From Geosiphon pyriformis uo1 (taxonomy: Eukaryota; Fungi; Glomeromycota): a stretch of DNA of 64,000 nucleotides. The first letter of the stretch is position 1; every line of letters begins with the position of its first letter. The notes under the pieces are model-generated. The model worked only from the letters and a program-made list of their open reading frames with translations, was not told where the DNA came from and did not search any database. The stretch lies in contig JAAOMT010000034.1 in NCBI GenBank assembly GCA_016748015.1, positions 592,161 through 656,160 on the forward strand, in the 5' to 3' direction. Both the position numbers and the translations under genes were made by a program. Below, piece after piece: positions 24,172-37,724 of this stretch.

Positions 24172-27100
24172 TCATCCTAGTTTTCTTTGTTTTTTTCGAG
24201 GTTCTCGCAAACTATTTTCACCACCTTGTGATTCCTGAAAATGCAAAAAAAATTCTAGTATGCTCGCAAGAACTTCTATGGTAACAGGTTAATAAAAAAA
24301 GGGTTTTCACACTATGGCATTTTGTGATTCAAGTCGGGATCTGCCAAACGAGCGGAATTTTAGGAAGAAAATTAATAGATTATGAGATATATTACCTTAT
24401 TATTGTCGTCTTCCATATGCTCCTCTTGATTCGATTGTGAATCACCATTGCTTTTAGTTTTTTTTTGATTCTGTCGTGAATTCTAGATCCAAAAAAATTC
24501 GAAAACATCAATTTTTATTTTTCTTTCAAAATAAAATTCTATTTCAAAAAATACCTTTTTCGAATGTTTTTTTGATTGATCTTTTTCTTCATCATTGAGT
24601 TGGATTCTGAAATCACGTGCAGTTGAGCGCTTCACATATTGCATAAGGTCGGTCTGATTCAAGAAATAAAAAAAGGAATTGAACAACTTTAAATCAAATT
24701 TCCACTCGGAGACTAACACTTAAGAAAAATTCACCTTAGATCTTTTGGCTAATAACAGCAAATATCGCTCAAATTGTTCCAGCATAAAAATTAACGCTGG
24801 AATCATTTTGGATTCCCGTGCAATTCTTGCCTAGGTACGTGTGGCGAATCAATGTTAGTAAATCCTGTTTATCAGAAGAATTGAGGGCTCATAACAACTC
24901 ACTAAATTTGTTTTATTTTTTCCTTTTTTGCCAAGGTGTCTAGTAGCGTCGGTTTGAAGCCCAAAGGACGTGAGAAACTTGTAAAGATTCTCTGAAAGAT
25001 GTTTCCCAGCTAGCTCGATCACATTAATGAAGCAATCGGTAATATTCCCTTCCGATAATTTCTAAAAAAATTCAGCCAGATGAGCCAAATAAGCATTAAA
25101 AGAAAGAAAAATAAATTTCATACATATTTAGTAAGCGCTTGAAGAACTTTATATGTTCTTTTCAAACTTTTGATCATGTGTTCAGCGCAGACATCTGATA
25201 AAGAGGTTCGCTCGAGATATATCGTTGCGTTTATCATTTTAATGAGAATATCGGAAATTGCAATTTCCATTTGTGTTCTTTCTGGCACATTTTTGTCCGA
25301 CCCTTCTTCCACTAGAGATTTTTATGTTTTAAAAGTGAAAAAAATCAACTCAAATCTCAATAGACACCTACTTGCTGAACTCAAAGAAATTTTCATTCTC
25401 TCTATGCACCACTCTAAGTCTTGATATATTTGTTCCAAGAAACCAATTAGGATATCACAAATGGTTCCCGTGTTTCGAGAATTGACAATCTGAAATTTTG
25501 TCGTCTCTTTCTCTGCCTCACTTGGCCTGCGGGATGTCCCATTTGCCTCGTCCTCAATACCGCCCATGACGAATAAAAGATCGCAAGCAATCTCTGAGGG
25601 TTTATTGAATTTTGCCATGTCCTTTTCGAAATTTAGCAACATGCTTATAATTATTTTTGTAAATCCGTTATCTTCAATACTTTTTTCAAGGCAAACTGTT
25701 TGAAGCCACGAAATCAACTGGTCCAACTCAACTTGCGTTGCCGGCGGATCATTTCGATTGGTGAAATGTTTTGACAAAGATGATATTGTCTGACATAATC
25801 CAGTAGCCTCTGGAATTAATGTTGTAGGTTGCTCCAGTAATGTCGTTATGAGGCGCTATTTTAAAAACCGATGTCTCAGTGTCTCAGCCATATCAGAACA
25901 AATTCAATATAATTACGGAAACTCTGTAATTTACCTCAAATTCTCGAATGTATAACCCCAGCCAACCATTAAGATGATCAGGAATGTTCTCAGAGACAAG
26001 CTTATCAGAGGGGTACGCCATGGCCAAAAAATTAGTCAGTTTTTCAGGCCAACAAACGGAGACAACTTCCGTTAATATTTGAAAGCATTCTATTGCAATA
26101 GCAAGAATGGATTTTTTCTGTAGGATAACAATTCCATGAGATTTTCAGAATTATAATTTCTTTGGATAGATTTTTATCATTCAAAAATTACCTTTTTTTT
26201 TTCCACAACGCTAGTCGATTGGTTACGGGTAGCTTCATCATTACTGTTAATAAATTCACTCATAAACACTTGCCCTAAGGAGGTACAGGATGAAAATGTA
26301 GAGTCGTCTTCGGAATTATAATTTGGCAATATCTTTAATTTAGAAATACGTTATTGTCAATTAATGATAGAAGCACTTAATAGAACTGGTAGAAATACCT
26401 GCGCAATTTTATTATAGGCTGCTGAAGTGATATATTTGACGAAATCCGCATCGTTTCTCAAGATCATCTTAGATTCCATAATATCCAAATCTTCACCATT
26501 ACGGAAAGTAAATTGACATATTTCGGAGATACATCTAAAGCTTAGAATAGACTTTCCATATGAGCTCGACACATTCTTGCGGGCTAAATAGAATATATCA
26601 TGAAATTAATGATACTTCTATATTTTAATTGTCTCAGTTATTTTCAAGGTTCGAGATTTTAAAACTTTCTAGCATACCTTTGGGGTTATTTGTGAGAAGA
26701 GATTGTAGTTGCATGTAGCTTTTGAATAGTTTCAATATCATTTTACAGACATTAGAAGAATGTTCCTCGGAAAAGAAAACATGTTCAATCAGGGCCTATC
26801 AGTTTAATAGATTTCAAAACAAATTAATTTATTTAGATAATAAAAACTCGGCTGTTGCATTTTACCTCATAACATTCCATCAGCAGACTTCCAGTTATAT
26901 TATTTCGTGTGCCTTCAATAGAATTCGTTTTGAATTCAGCAGAGGAATCTATCCCAAAATCGGTTATATCCCCTGTGCAAACACGTTCGATGAGCGCAGC
27001 CAATTGTTTTTTGAATGAATCAACGTTATTTAATTTCACTTCATCTAAAAATTTCCATGAATTAATAGAATATAAAAATATATCAAGTCTCTTCAGATTT

Positions 27101-30100
27101 CAGACAAACCTTCTTCATTGTGCTGCGATATCCTTGTGACTGATTTGCTTATACATTGAATTAGGTGGGCCATTGGTTCAGCTCCAAAGGGTTCACCACC
27201 CACATTTTCAATGCATAAATCAAGACGAAGTGTAGCATGAACGCTAGTTTCCATTTCAAAGTATTTTAAGAACTAAAAGTAGTTGCGATTCTCTTATTAA
27301 AGCTCTGACAGGAAATAACGATTGATGGAGATCAGAAAACATAACCAACCTGAGGATACAACATTTCGAAAACGTCTTGAATAAAATCTTGTCGGATATA
27401 AAGGAGATCCATCAATTCCATTAAACCCTGGTAAAGGGCTTTGCGAATTTCAGCTTGTTGACTAAAAAATCTTCGAAGCATCCCTATAACCCGAAAATAT
27501 GGCTATTGCTGAATTTGAGATGTATCAAACGTAAAAACTTGAATTTAAAGAGACCTACCCAAGATTTCAAGAGATAGGGCTCTCGGGTTTTGCTTTATTA
27601 CGGATTGCGACCCTGAGACTAATGAAGATTGTGCGAAAATCGAACTAGAAGTTGGTTCAGAAATTGACAGCCTCAACAACCTTAAAAACCCTTTCAAAGC
27701 GATCTGACGGCCATCCAAATCCCTTGAAAATTTTCAATATAATTATTAGATCGTGCTAGGGTCGGAAATGCAATTCATAAGTTCAACGAGTGACATACTT
27801 TGCAAACATGCTTTTGCGCAAGACTAACATCAAACCATCACGGAAATTTTGATTAGAGTAAATAATCGGCTCCACGGCGTTCAATAATCGGTCGGCAGTA
27901 CCGACCGAGAGATATGACAAATAATCAAGGGTTTCCTTGATCTAAGTAAATGACTAATTTTTAAATATAATGATTACTGTCAATATAAGATATTAGAAGC
28001 ATACCTTCGACAAATAAGGAACTAATGTTTGCGGGGATTCTTTGACAATAAGATCCAATAAATTTAGGGAACTAATGACACTCCCCGACTTTCCTATTAC
28101 TCTTGACAATATTTGATCCAGAATTTCGCAACGAACCATATCATGGACCTAAGAATACCGAAAAAATAACTATGTAGTTAATTGGCTGATTGCTTCTATT
28201 AAAAGAAGTTTATAAATAAAAATAACCTTGAACATCTCCAATAAAACGTGAGTTGATAATTCACTGGCCATTTCATGAGGATTCATCCTATACCCTTTTC
28301 TAACTTTACTAGTATCTGATAGAATGGGTAAATGTAATGATATAATTAATTAAATTTTTTTAATAGGATTCGACAGATTGAGTCGTATTTAGCCACCTGG
28401 CACTTTTACAATCGACAATGTGGTTGCGGCATGATCCATTGTAATTAATGCGAGTTGCACCAAACTTTGCGTTGCTTGATCCCAACCGAAAGATGTCTTT
28501 TTAATTAATCGAAGGAAAATCTCTCTTATAGGTATTAAATCGATAATAGGGGATATTTCTATAATCAAAATCGGGAAGTTTATTGATAATGAATTAAAAT
28601 TTCAAGAACTGAAAGCAGTTTGTAACACACGGGATATCCAGGGAGATTTTTCGAGTTTTTCGGTGTCTCGAAAAACGGCTATTATTGAATTTTTCATAAA
28701 TTCCAAAGCCTATGAAAAAGAAAACTTTAGTTGTCATTTCTCAAATCCGATATTTTCTAAATAGATTATTTTGAGATGCCTGATCCTCGAAACGGTGTAT
28801 TCTTGCAAGGGATAATACGCAGGCGATATTGAAAGGAGTCAATAGTGCTGTTTTGCCTAATTTCATATATTTTAAAAACTCGCTTCCTAATTCCTATTTA
28901 AGGTAAAGTAAAATTTTGAGCGAGAAAAATATTGAAAAGATGTATTTTTGTTTCATTTAATCACCTGATCTTGCTTTACGGCAAAACATAAGTGAATAAT
29001 CACAGTTCCCTCCATGAGAGCAAGTTGAGAAAAAGAAATCGAAGATTTACATTCTTCAGATTGCTTTTCACTAAGAAATAAGTGAATAGAAAATTTTATT
29101 CATGGATAACTAAAGAATACGAAGCATAAAAAGTTTACTCTGAATGTAATACTTTGCCGCGATTTGATCTTCGAAAATCTCCTCATCCAATTTATTGAAA
29201 TATTCAGCAATGCCACGGAGAATTAATCGTTTATGACCCTGAAAGATTGACCTCTGATTAACTATATAAATTTTGAAATCACATAATTATCAAGAATCAC
29301 CGACCTTGCGTGATAACAAAAGAAGTTGATATATTATAGGTGGTACTTCATTTATATCCATTGTTTCAACAAGCCTGAAAAGATTTTAACTTCAACTTTC
29401 GTCTTAATGAAAGATTTGTTCTGATGGGTTTATTTCATGAATTGTTACCTTAAGATTTTATCCACTACAATTGATACCTAAAAGTGTCCAATATTAAGGT
29501 AGAGAAAAGAAATTAATAATCCAAAACCTGGCCAAATATTAGAACAAATTAAAGATAGCATCGAGAGTTTTTACTTGATCATCTGTCATTGGAATATCCT
29601 GAAACACGTTAGCGAGACTTAGAACGTTTGAGTTATCCCATTTTGAATTGCACAATCGATTCAACAGAAAATCTTTATATTCTGGACCACCAAAGACTTG
29701 TGATGATGTTTGATCTCGAATAGTAATGGAATCCGCAGATGCGAATATCGACAGCAAGGCCGGAAGAAAGGCGAACAATTTCCCATGTGTGGGTTTTCCT
29801 CGACGCAAGGCATCAATGATATAAGTGGTAACTTCGAGAAGAACCGATTCTGAAAGATTCTTCATCTAAAGTTGGAAAAGAACCAAATATTTAAATTTAT
29901 ATTGAGATCAGTGAATCAGTCTTTATTAATCACCTCAGTAATACAAAGAACAACCAAGTCTGTGACACCTTTGTCGAATATAGCTGAATTATCGTTTCCT
30001 TTAGTGCTCAGCCTGTGAGATGTATAATTTGAAGAAAAAAACATACAGTGGAAGGGGAAAACGCGTAATTTCTTCGAATATATAGTTTTTAGCCTAACCA

Positions 30101-30551
30101 TATTGTGATGGTCATCAGAATTTTATGTCGTAGCTGCTCTCCTTTTGAATTATCGGCGGGCAACGCTTTGTTTTCAGTACATGAAAAGCGGAGACATTAG
30201 GAGAGGAACAAGCAAAATTGATTCAAATACGCGTCAATTCGAAATGGACAAGACGCGTCACAAACTTTGAGTACCCTTATATATGGAACGGATGAGTTGG
30301 TGACAACCTCTCCCATCTTCACCGTGAAAGTTTTCTTCTTTTAATAGTTTTTCCAGCAGTTTTATTAGCTGGAAAAAAAATGTATTTGAATGACACGACA
30401 ATTGTGTTATTAAAAAGTAACGCAACTTTATTTTGAAACTTGGAGTAAAATTAACCTCTCCGACTGAAAAACTTTCTAGACATTGGTTAAATTGAGGAGG
30501 ATCTTGTTTAAACAAGAATTCCATTTGAGAAGCCTCATTACTCTCTTCCAT
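24172..30551 (-). CDS. FANCI: Fanconi anemia group I protein homolog (multi-exon; last two small exons less certain)
   Basis: Spliced motifs EVPPIIYQLLLLS, EGTVIIHLCFAVKQDQELG, TPFNIACVLSLARIHRFEDQ, GWDQATQSLVQL, LMLVLRKSMF, LRRFFSQQAEIRKALYQG and RESKMIPALIFMLEQFERYL...RSTARDFRI. Confidence 0.93.
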
Positions 30552-30643
30552 TATGAACTTTGTATTTTTAAAAGTTTACTATAGAAAACGAAGTTAGTTA
30601 AAACGAGGTACGAAAATTTAGAATACTTATTGCAAACGCGCGT
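30061..30643. promoter_or_regulatory. Cluster of MCB-like ACGCGT motifs at the FANCI 5' end
   Basis: ACGCGT at 30061, 30229 and 30253 (introns 3 and 2); palindromic ACGCGCGT at 30636-30643 upstream of the ATG. Confidence 0.4.
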
Positions 30644-32317
30644 CTCAGTTTTTCTCATCCGCAGTCGACTAATCAATCAGAGTTATTAAATATTAACTTT
30701 AATTTAAATTATCATAATTATTATACGACAGGGTGAACTGAGATAACCAATAGTAAAATCTGCGATGATCAGTCACGTAATGTAAAACCTGCGAGGGTAT
30801 CAAACTAAGTAGCAAAACTTTGAATGGAAAATTCAAACGAGGTCCTTCTTCATTACCAATTTTACTTTTAATTAAAGTTTCAAAAATTTTTTATTCAAAA
30901 CAAAAAGTTTATAATTTACTGCATATTTCTTGAATTTTATTAAATTTAATTCTTTGTTTTAAATTTTTCTAAAATATTAAATAATTTCATATTCTTAAAT
31001 CAAATAATATTAAAATAATAATCCTGATTATCTTTATTAAAATTATTTTTAACAATTATATAAGTGTTTTTATTTAGAATTTTTGCTATAATATTATTAA
31101 TAAACTTAATTTGTACCAATTTCTTTTAGCAAAAATTTTAACATAAATGCTAATTACAGTAACAAAAATCTTACTGTAAAACAAAAATTTAATAATTTTT
31201 AACTTATTTTTAATTTTAAACACTTTACAAATATGTTTAATAATAATAATAATTATCATATTTAAATCCAAATTATTGGCATTTTTTTTAACAAAAAGAC
31301 TTAAATATTTTTAAATTTGTTCTTAATTTAAAACTTAAATTTTTTCTTTAATTTGGTTTTTATAATAATAAAAATACAGTTTTTTTATGCATTTTTTTAT
31401 TTAACAAAATTGTTTATATTTTTAATATTGCAGATTGCAAATTTTTAAATATAATTATTAATTAATTAAAAACAAAATTTAAATTTAAAACTAACTCAAT
31501 AAAATTTATACAAGTTATTAATTATATTAATATTTTTATCAAATTATTTATGACTGTTTCTAACTTATTAAATCTTTTATTTACATAAAAAATAGTAGTT
31601 TATTATTAGTAAAAATATTTAAAAACTGGTTTATTTTTATATTTTAAACTAAAATTTGTTTAAAAATAGATATTAAAAAAATTTCAAGAATATTGGCAAA
31701 AATACTAAAAAGTTTAAAAAGACCAAAAATTTTAATAATTCAGAAAAAATGTAAAATTTATTAAAAATTCCAAAAATATTACAAAAATATATATATATAT
31801 AATATTATTATTAAAAACAGAAAAAACATCAATTAATTTAATTCAAAAATTAGTAATTTAATATTTGACATAAAAATTTTTTTCAATAAAAATTACAATA
31901 ATTATTTACTATTAATTTATTTTTTAAAATTTTCAAAATACATAAATTATTATTTATCTTGTTAATATTTTTATTTTTAATATTTGGTTTATTAAAACAA
32001 TTAATATTAATAGTTAAAGTTCCAATGTTCAGTTCAGTTCAGTTCAGTTTGAGTTCAATCAAATCATCAAACTAAACCAAATTTAAACAGAAGATTTGGC
32101 AAAATTTTGAAAATTACTGAACTTGAATCGAACCTGAACACATGCAACAAGTTTGGTTCAAGTTTAGTTCGAAGTTCATAAACATATTCAAGTTCAACTA
32201 TTAAAAATATTATATTATACTATATTATTATTTAATTTTTTTTTCAATAATTCCTGTATCCATGATTGAGGACACTGTGCTGCTCTTATAGTTTTAAGCA
32301 CTAAACAAGACCTCATA

Positions 32318-32902
32318 CAGAGGGTGTCCAAAAGTTTTCGAACAAGATTTTATTTAACAATAATATTTATTTATTTTATAAAATAAAACAAAATAAACAA
32401 CATATTTATAATTTTATAGTAATTTTACTAAACGTTTAAGTCGGCGATATTTTTGGTGAGTAAATAAACGTGGACGTCCTGAACGAGGTCTTGAATCAAT
32501 TGAACCAGTTTCTTTAAATCGTTTTATTGTATCCGAAACTGTTGTCAAGCTGCAATTGACTATGTTGGCAATATCACGATATTTCTTGCCATGCTGTTGT
32601 AATAAGCATATAGTATTACGTTGAGCAATCGTTAATTCTTTTTTTGCTCCCATTTCGTTTTAATAAAAACGACGAAAAAATCTTATATACGCGTTACATT
32701 TCATTTTTATAAAAAAACGAGTATGAATAAAATCGATTATGCGCGTCGCGAAAAAACATTATACACGCGTGTTTAAAAAATAAAAAACGCGTAATTAAAT
32801 AATTAACTAACTTAATTTAGTAATAAACTCGTGCTTTTCTAATTATTCAAGCATGTGGAATGTTACTCCAAAGTTTGTTCGGAAACTTTTGGACACCCTC
32901 TG
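32318..32902 (-). mobile_element. Tc1/mariner internal-deletion derivative (585 bp) inserted in the hAT transposase
   Basis: 28-bp TIRs CAGAGGGTGTCCAAAAGTTT(T/C)CGAACAA with 1 mismatch; TA duplication on both sides. Confidence 0.93.
32414..32653 (-). pseudogene. Tc1-type transposase N-terminal paired-like HTH only (no DDE domain)
   Basis: RDIANIVNCSLTTVSDTIKRFKETGSIDSRPRSGRPR. Confidence 0.85.
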
Positions 32903-35022
32903 TATCTGTAATCATATTTTTATCTGCAGAAAAGGCATATTTAGAAACAACAAATGATCCTTGGATTGTCAAATAATTATGAGCCATATATACAAGACAA
33001 AAAAATTGTGTTTGATGTGTTTAAATATCGAATTATTAATAAAATGTTAATTTAGATAAATATTTTTTGTAATATACCTTCCACCATACTATTACATCTA
33101 TTTTCTTATTGGCCACTTTTTCAAAGATATAACAATCAACTTTGTTAAGTTCTTTTTTCTTATAATTGTCAAAGTCTGCTTCTAATATGGATTGTATGAC
33201 TAATGCTATAGTATTATTAAAATTGTCATTCAACAAAAAACTGTTATTTGATTTTGATATAATGTTTAATATGTACTTTGTTTCAAAGAGAGTATATATT
33301 TTAAAGGTTTATTTATCATGTAAAAGATGAAAAATAAAACTGTTTAAATAAATTAATAACTTACAATTCTTTTGTTTTATTAATATTGTCATCTAAAAAT
33401 TCTTTTTTTGTGAAATAATAAAATTTTTTTCTTGAATCCAATGCAGTACAAACTATTATGATTGTATTTGTTTTAGAGTAATATTCAACCAACTTTTTTC
33501 TTGTTGTCCTAGCTGCTATGACAAGTAATAAATCTAATATTAAATATGTTAAATAAATAACTAAATAAATACAATCAAGATTATAATGCTTTACCAGATT
33601 CATTATCATTAACTGTGTTTTTAACATAATTAAAAATAATATTAAAGAAGGAAATAATTGAAAAAACAGTATTATTTAAACTGACTAATATTTTGACTAT
33701 AATATTCTTAAATAATTTAAAGAATTTAGCAATTTTATTAAAGACAGTTTACTAATTATGTAAAATAGCATATTAATAAAGATCAATATAAATGCTAGTA
33801 ATAGTATTTAATGCCTATAAATTTACAGTTAAAATTTTTGTATTTAAAATATATGGAATCAGAAATAAATAACTTGCCAATTTAAGAAATAACTCATTTC
33901 TGACCATGTTGTAAGTAAAATTTCACTGAATAAAGAGTAAAATTGTTATATATGCATAGTTTTATATACCTCTTTAATTAATTATAGTAATTAAATAAAG
34001 TAATAATTAATGAATAAGTAGTACAAGTTATATATTTTTTTAATTTTATTAAACTTGAACAAATTTGTAAACTTCAAACCAAACTTGAACTGAACTTAGG
34101 CTTGTTAAAAAGGTTTAATATCGAACTCAAACTAAACTTACTTTGAAAAATTGGTTCAATTTAAGTTTAATTTATAATTTAAATCAAACTTGAACAACAC
34201 CCAAAGTTCAATTTAATTCAGTTTGATCAGAATTCTATTAATAGTATTTATTAAAAAAAATTAATAATATTAAAAAAATAATTCTTAATTATAATTATTA
34301 ATAAAATATTAACTTTTTATTTTATTTATTTTATTTTTATTTTTATTTTTTTGTTTTATTATTTAAACTAATTAATTAAAAAAAATGCTAAAATAATAAT
34401 ATTAAAAATTACTTAATAAAAAACATAAAAAACATTAGAATAAATCAATTATTATATTAAGAAAGTAAAACACTAAATATTGTTTATTATTACAATTAAA
34501 TTTCTGTTTATTATACAAAAAACTTAATATTAAAATCTTTAAAACAACAAAAAAATTTTAAATTATATTATCAATTTATAATATTTATTTATAAACTATT
34601 AAATCATATATTTATTTATAATACTATATAAATATATTTAACTTTTTTATTAGCTTAATTACTATTTTTATAAATTTACAAAATTATATTCCAATTTAGC
34701 TAATCTTAAATTAATAATATTAAATACTATTTTAAAAAAAGTTATATTATTAATTTTATTAAAAACAGAAATCCAAACAATTAAAATTTAAATAAATATA
34801 CATTAATTTACTTTTATTTTTTTAAAAAAAAAACAATTTAATATAACTTAATTTGATTAATAATCTATTTAAATACAATTTAATTTAATTTTTCATATTT
34901 TAAATACTTGACTAAAATTAAAATAATCAAAATTAGTTTAATATTTTTTAAAACTAAAATTAAAACAACAGTTTTTAACAAATTATTTTTTGATTTAAAG
35001 CAAATAATAATATATTTAATAT

Positions 35023-37724
35023 TATTACAGTTGAAAAATATAGTTTTTATTAGTTATTATATGTATTAGCCACTAATGTTATATATTTAGCCACTTTATT
35101 TTTAAATAATAATTAATAACTTAATTATTAATCTGATTATTGGTCTGATCAATAATCCAATGATTGAATTAATTATTGAATTAATTATTAATTTAATTAA
35201 TAATCTGATTATTAACTTAATTAATGATTTGATTATTAACTATTTTTAATAACTATATAAGTAATAAGTCTTTTAACTATAAAAAAACATGATCAAAATA
35301 ATAAAATAAAACTCACTATTAATTACTTTTTCTTATATTGCTTATTCTCCTTTTTTTACTTTCTAATATCTAAATATTTTAAAATAAAAGATTACTTATT
35401 AACATTTATATATTTTATTTTTTCTCTTTTTTGATTTGTATTTGTTAGAATTGGTCTAAAAACAATTGTTTGTTTTTGTAATTTATTGAATAAAAAAATG
35501 ATTGAAAAGCACAATAATATCTGTTATTAATTTTAAAAATTATTAAGTTAAGACATTTTGTTAAAATTATAAATTATTCTTTTACTTTTAAATTTTCAAA
35601 AAAGATTTACAATTGTAATTTTTATAAGACTAATCATATACATTAAATTCTTATTTATTTAATTTACTCTTTTATTGTAATTCTCTCTTTAATAAATTTT
35701 ATTACTTTATAATCTTGTTTTTTTTTGTTATCTGTTAGTTTATTACTTTAATTTGTAACATAAAAGTGGTGCTTTTTGTGATATTGTTAAAATTCACTTA
35801 TTTTCTTATTGTATGAGTAATTATTTATATTTGTCACAACAATCAAAAAAACATTTTACAGTACACAACAGAAACAACTTAAATTTTATTAAACTCAATT
35901 CTCTGCTCTCCTGTTTAATTTGTTTTTTTGTTAAAAAACAATTCAATAAACAATTTCAAAATTTTTGAAACTGGTTTTTAAATGAATATTTAATCAAAAT
36001 CTATGTACTTTATACAATTTATTTTTTTGATCAAGCTTATTTTATTGAAATTTTTAAAGAAAAAAACAACAACATTAATTAGCTTTTATACTTAATAACT
36101 TTTAAACAACAGTTTTTTGATTTTGAATATTTGAATTACCAAATTTATATTTGGATTGCTGCTGTTATTCATAGAAATATAGGAAATATATATTAGCATA
36201 GTTATTAACCAATCAGAAGTAGACATAGTAAAATATGGAATTTCAGGATTTCTCTTAGGAATTGCAGGATTCTAGGAATTACAGGATTCTCACAAAGAAT
36301 TGCAGGATTCCAGAATTCCAGGATTCCTCTCAAAAAAATTGCAGGATTCTAGAAATTCCAAGATTCCTGTTGTGAAAAATTGAAAAATTGAAGAATCTTA
36401 ATTATGTATATATAGCAGTAAGATTAAAAGCTAAAAAGACAGATCTCTTAGTTTAGATTTCATCTGGACAACTTTCCAAACCACAAATAAATAACTGTTT
36501 GTTATCTCAAACCCACTGCCACTATCAACACTTCATGTTGATAGTAATTGATACTTAACCATACTGGAACAATAGCTCTTGTTCACAGCTATTGACGGAA
36601 TACTAACTTGCAAATCACCTTGGCTTATGTCTTTTCTTTTTTTGTTTTGTTTTGTTTTCTTTATTTCTTGTTTTGATTTTATTGTTGTTTACTAACTCTA
36701 TTGAGAATTAACGCGCAGGGTACTGACATCAGAATAAACGTAACTGGTAAAAGACCCAGAAATAAGGGTAGAACACTTGATTGAGGATAGCTTACCAGGA
36801 AGAATACCAGCCATCAAGCTAAGAAAGAAATTGACAAAACTGTGGTTTCAAAAAGCTACAGAAAAAACTATTACCATTGAATCTCTGTCTATTATACAAA
36901 GAATTCAACCAAACTCTTTGGATACAAACCTTTGGACACAGACCTTCAAATCACTATCAATTGTGACTAGATTTGAGCACCAAGTTACAGGTTTGTTATT
37001 TAATCCAACACCAAAAATAGTCACCTGTAACACTGCCCACTAATTAATTAAAATATTTTTTGAAACAGAAAAAAAAAGCTACCAAACTGCTCCTGTTTTT
37101 GATCTTTTTTAAATAAAATTAGACCATTTTACACAAACAGCTATCTTTAAACTAATGACTGCTAACTTCATATAAACAAACATCTTGGTCATTCTTCAAA
37201 ATATACAAATTGCTTTAAGATAAAAAAACAATATTCTACTATTATTATTTAGAGATAATATTCAAGACTTAATTAAATAATTAGATAACTTTAAAAAAAC
37301 AGCCACAGTTAACCAATATAATGCTGACTACAAATTTTAAATCATTGGTGACTATCTATAAAACTTTTTTGCTATTTGGTTCTTATAAGAAACTAATACT
37401 AGTGCTTACCAAAAAATTATCAAATAAACATCAACAAATACTGGAGAAAAAATATTTCTTTCACTATCTGGTTTAAAAATAAATTCAGAACTCTTATTTT
37501 AATCTTAAAATGGCATATAAAATTGAAAAAAAAATCTCAAGACCTTGGTAAAATTGTAATTAAATATGCCAAAGCAACCAAAAAGCTTATTAAACAAGTA
37601 GATTTTAAAAGAAACTAAACAGAAAAGCAAAAGATTTACTCTTTTACAAAAGAATTAAGAACTAATTTATCATATGCTTTTTGGTCTCTCTTAGTTTTAA
37701 AAGATAATTTTACCATAAATATGG
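35023..37724 (+). mobile_element. 5' part of a second family-2 element (LTR 35023-35760, PBS, gag start); host of the nested cluster, remainder outside window
   Basis: LTR matches 2743-3406; 35761-36162 plus 37033-37724 are colinear with 3407 to ~4490. Confidence 0.88.
36163..37032 (+). repeat. Solo LTR, family 3
   Basis: TGTTATT...GTAACA flanked by CTGC duplication; the empty site is seen at ~3800. Confidence 0.92.

Larger units (their letters stand above)
32015..34237 (-). mobile_element. Non-autonomous decayed hAT DNA transposon
   Basis: 8-bp TSD TTAATAGT (32007-32014 and 34238-34245); ~12-bp decayed TIRs; subterminal gttca/aacttgaac repeats. Transposase remnants KLVEYY...CTALDSRKK, VWWK and the hATC-like MAHNYLTIQGSFVVSKYAFS...IRAAQCPQSW. 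Confidence 0.88.

Noticed and set aside
36777-37043. 88-aa ORF in the family-3 LTR U5
   Set aside because: Frame is not preserved among LTR copies; the conserved blocks are better explained as RNA elements such as the anti-PBS stem.
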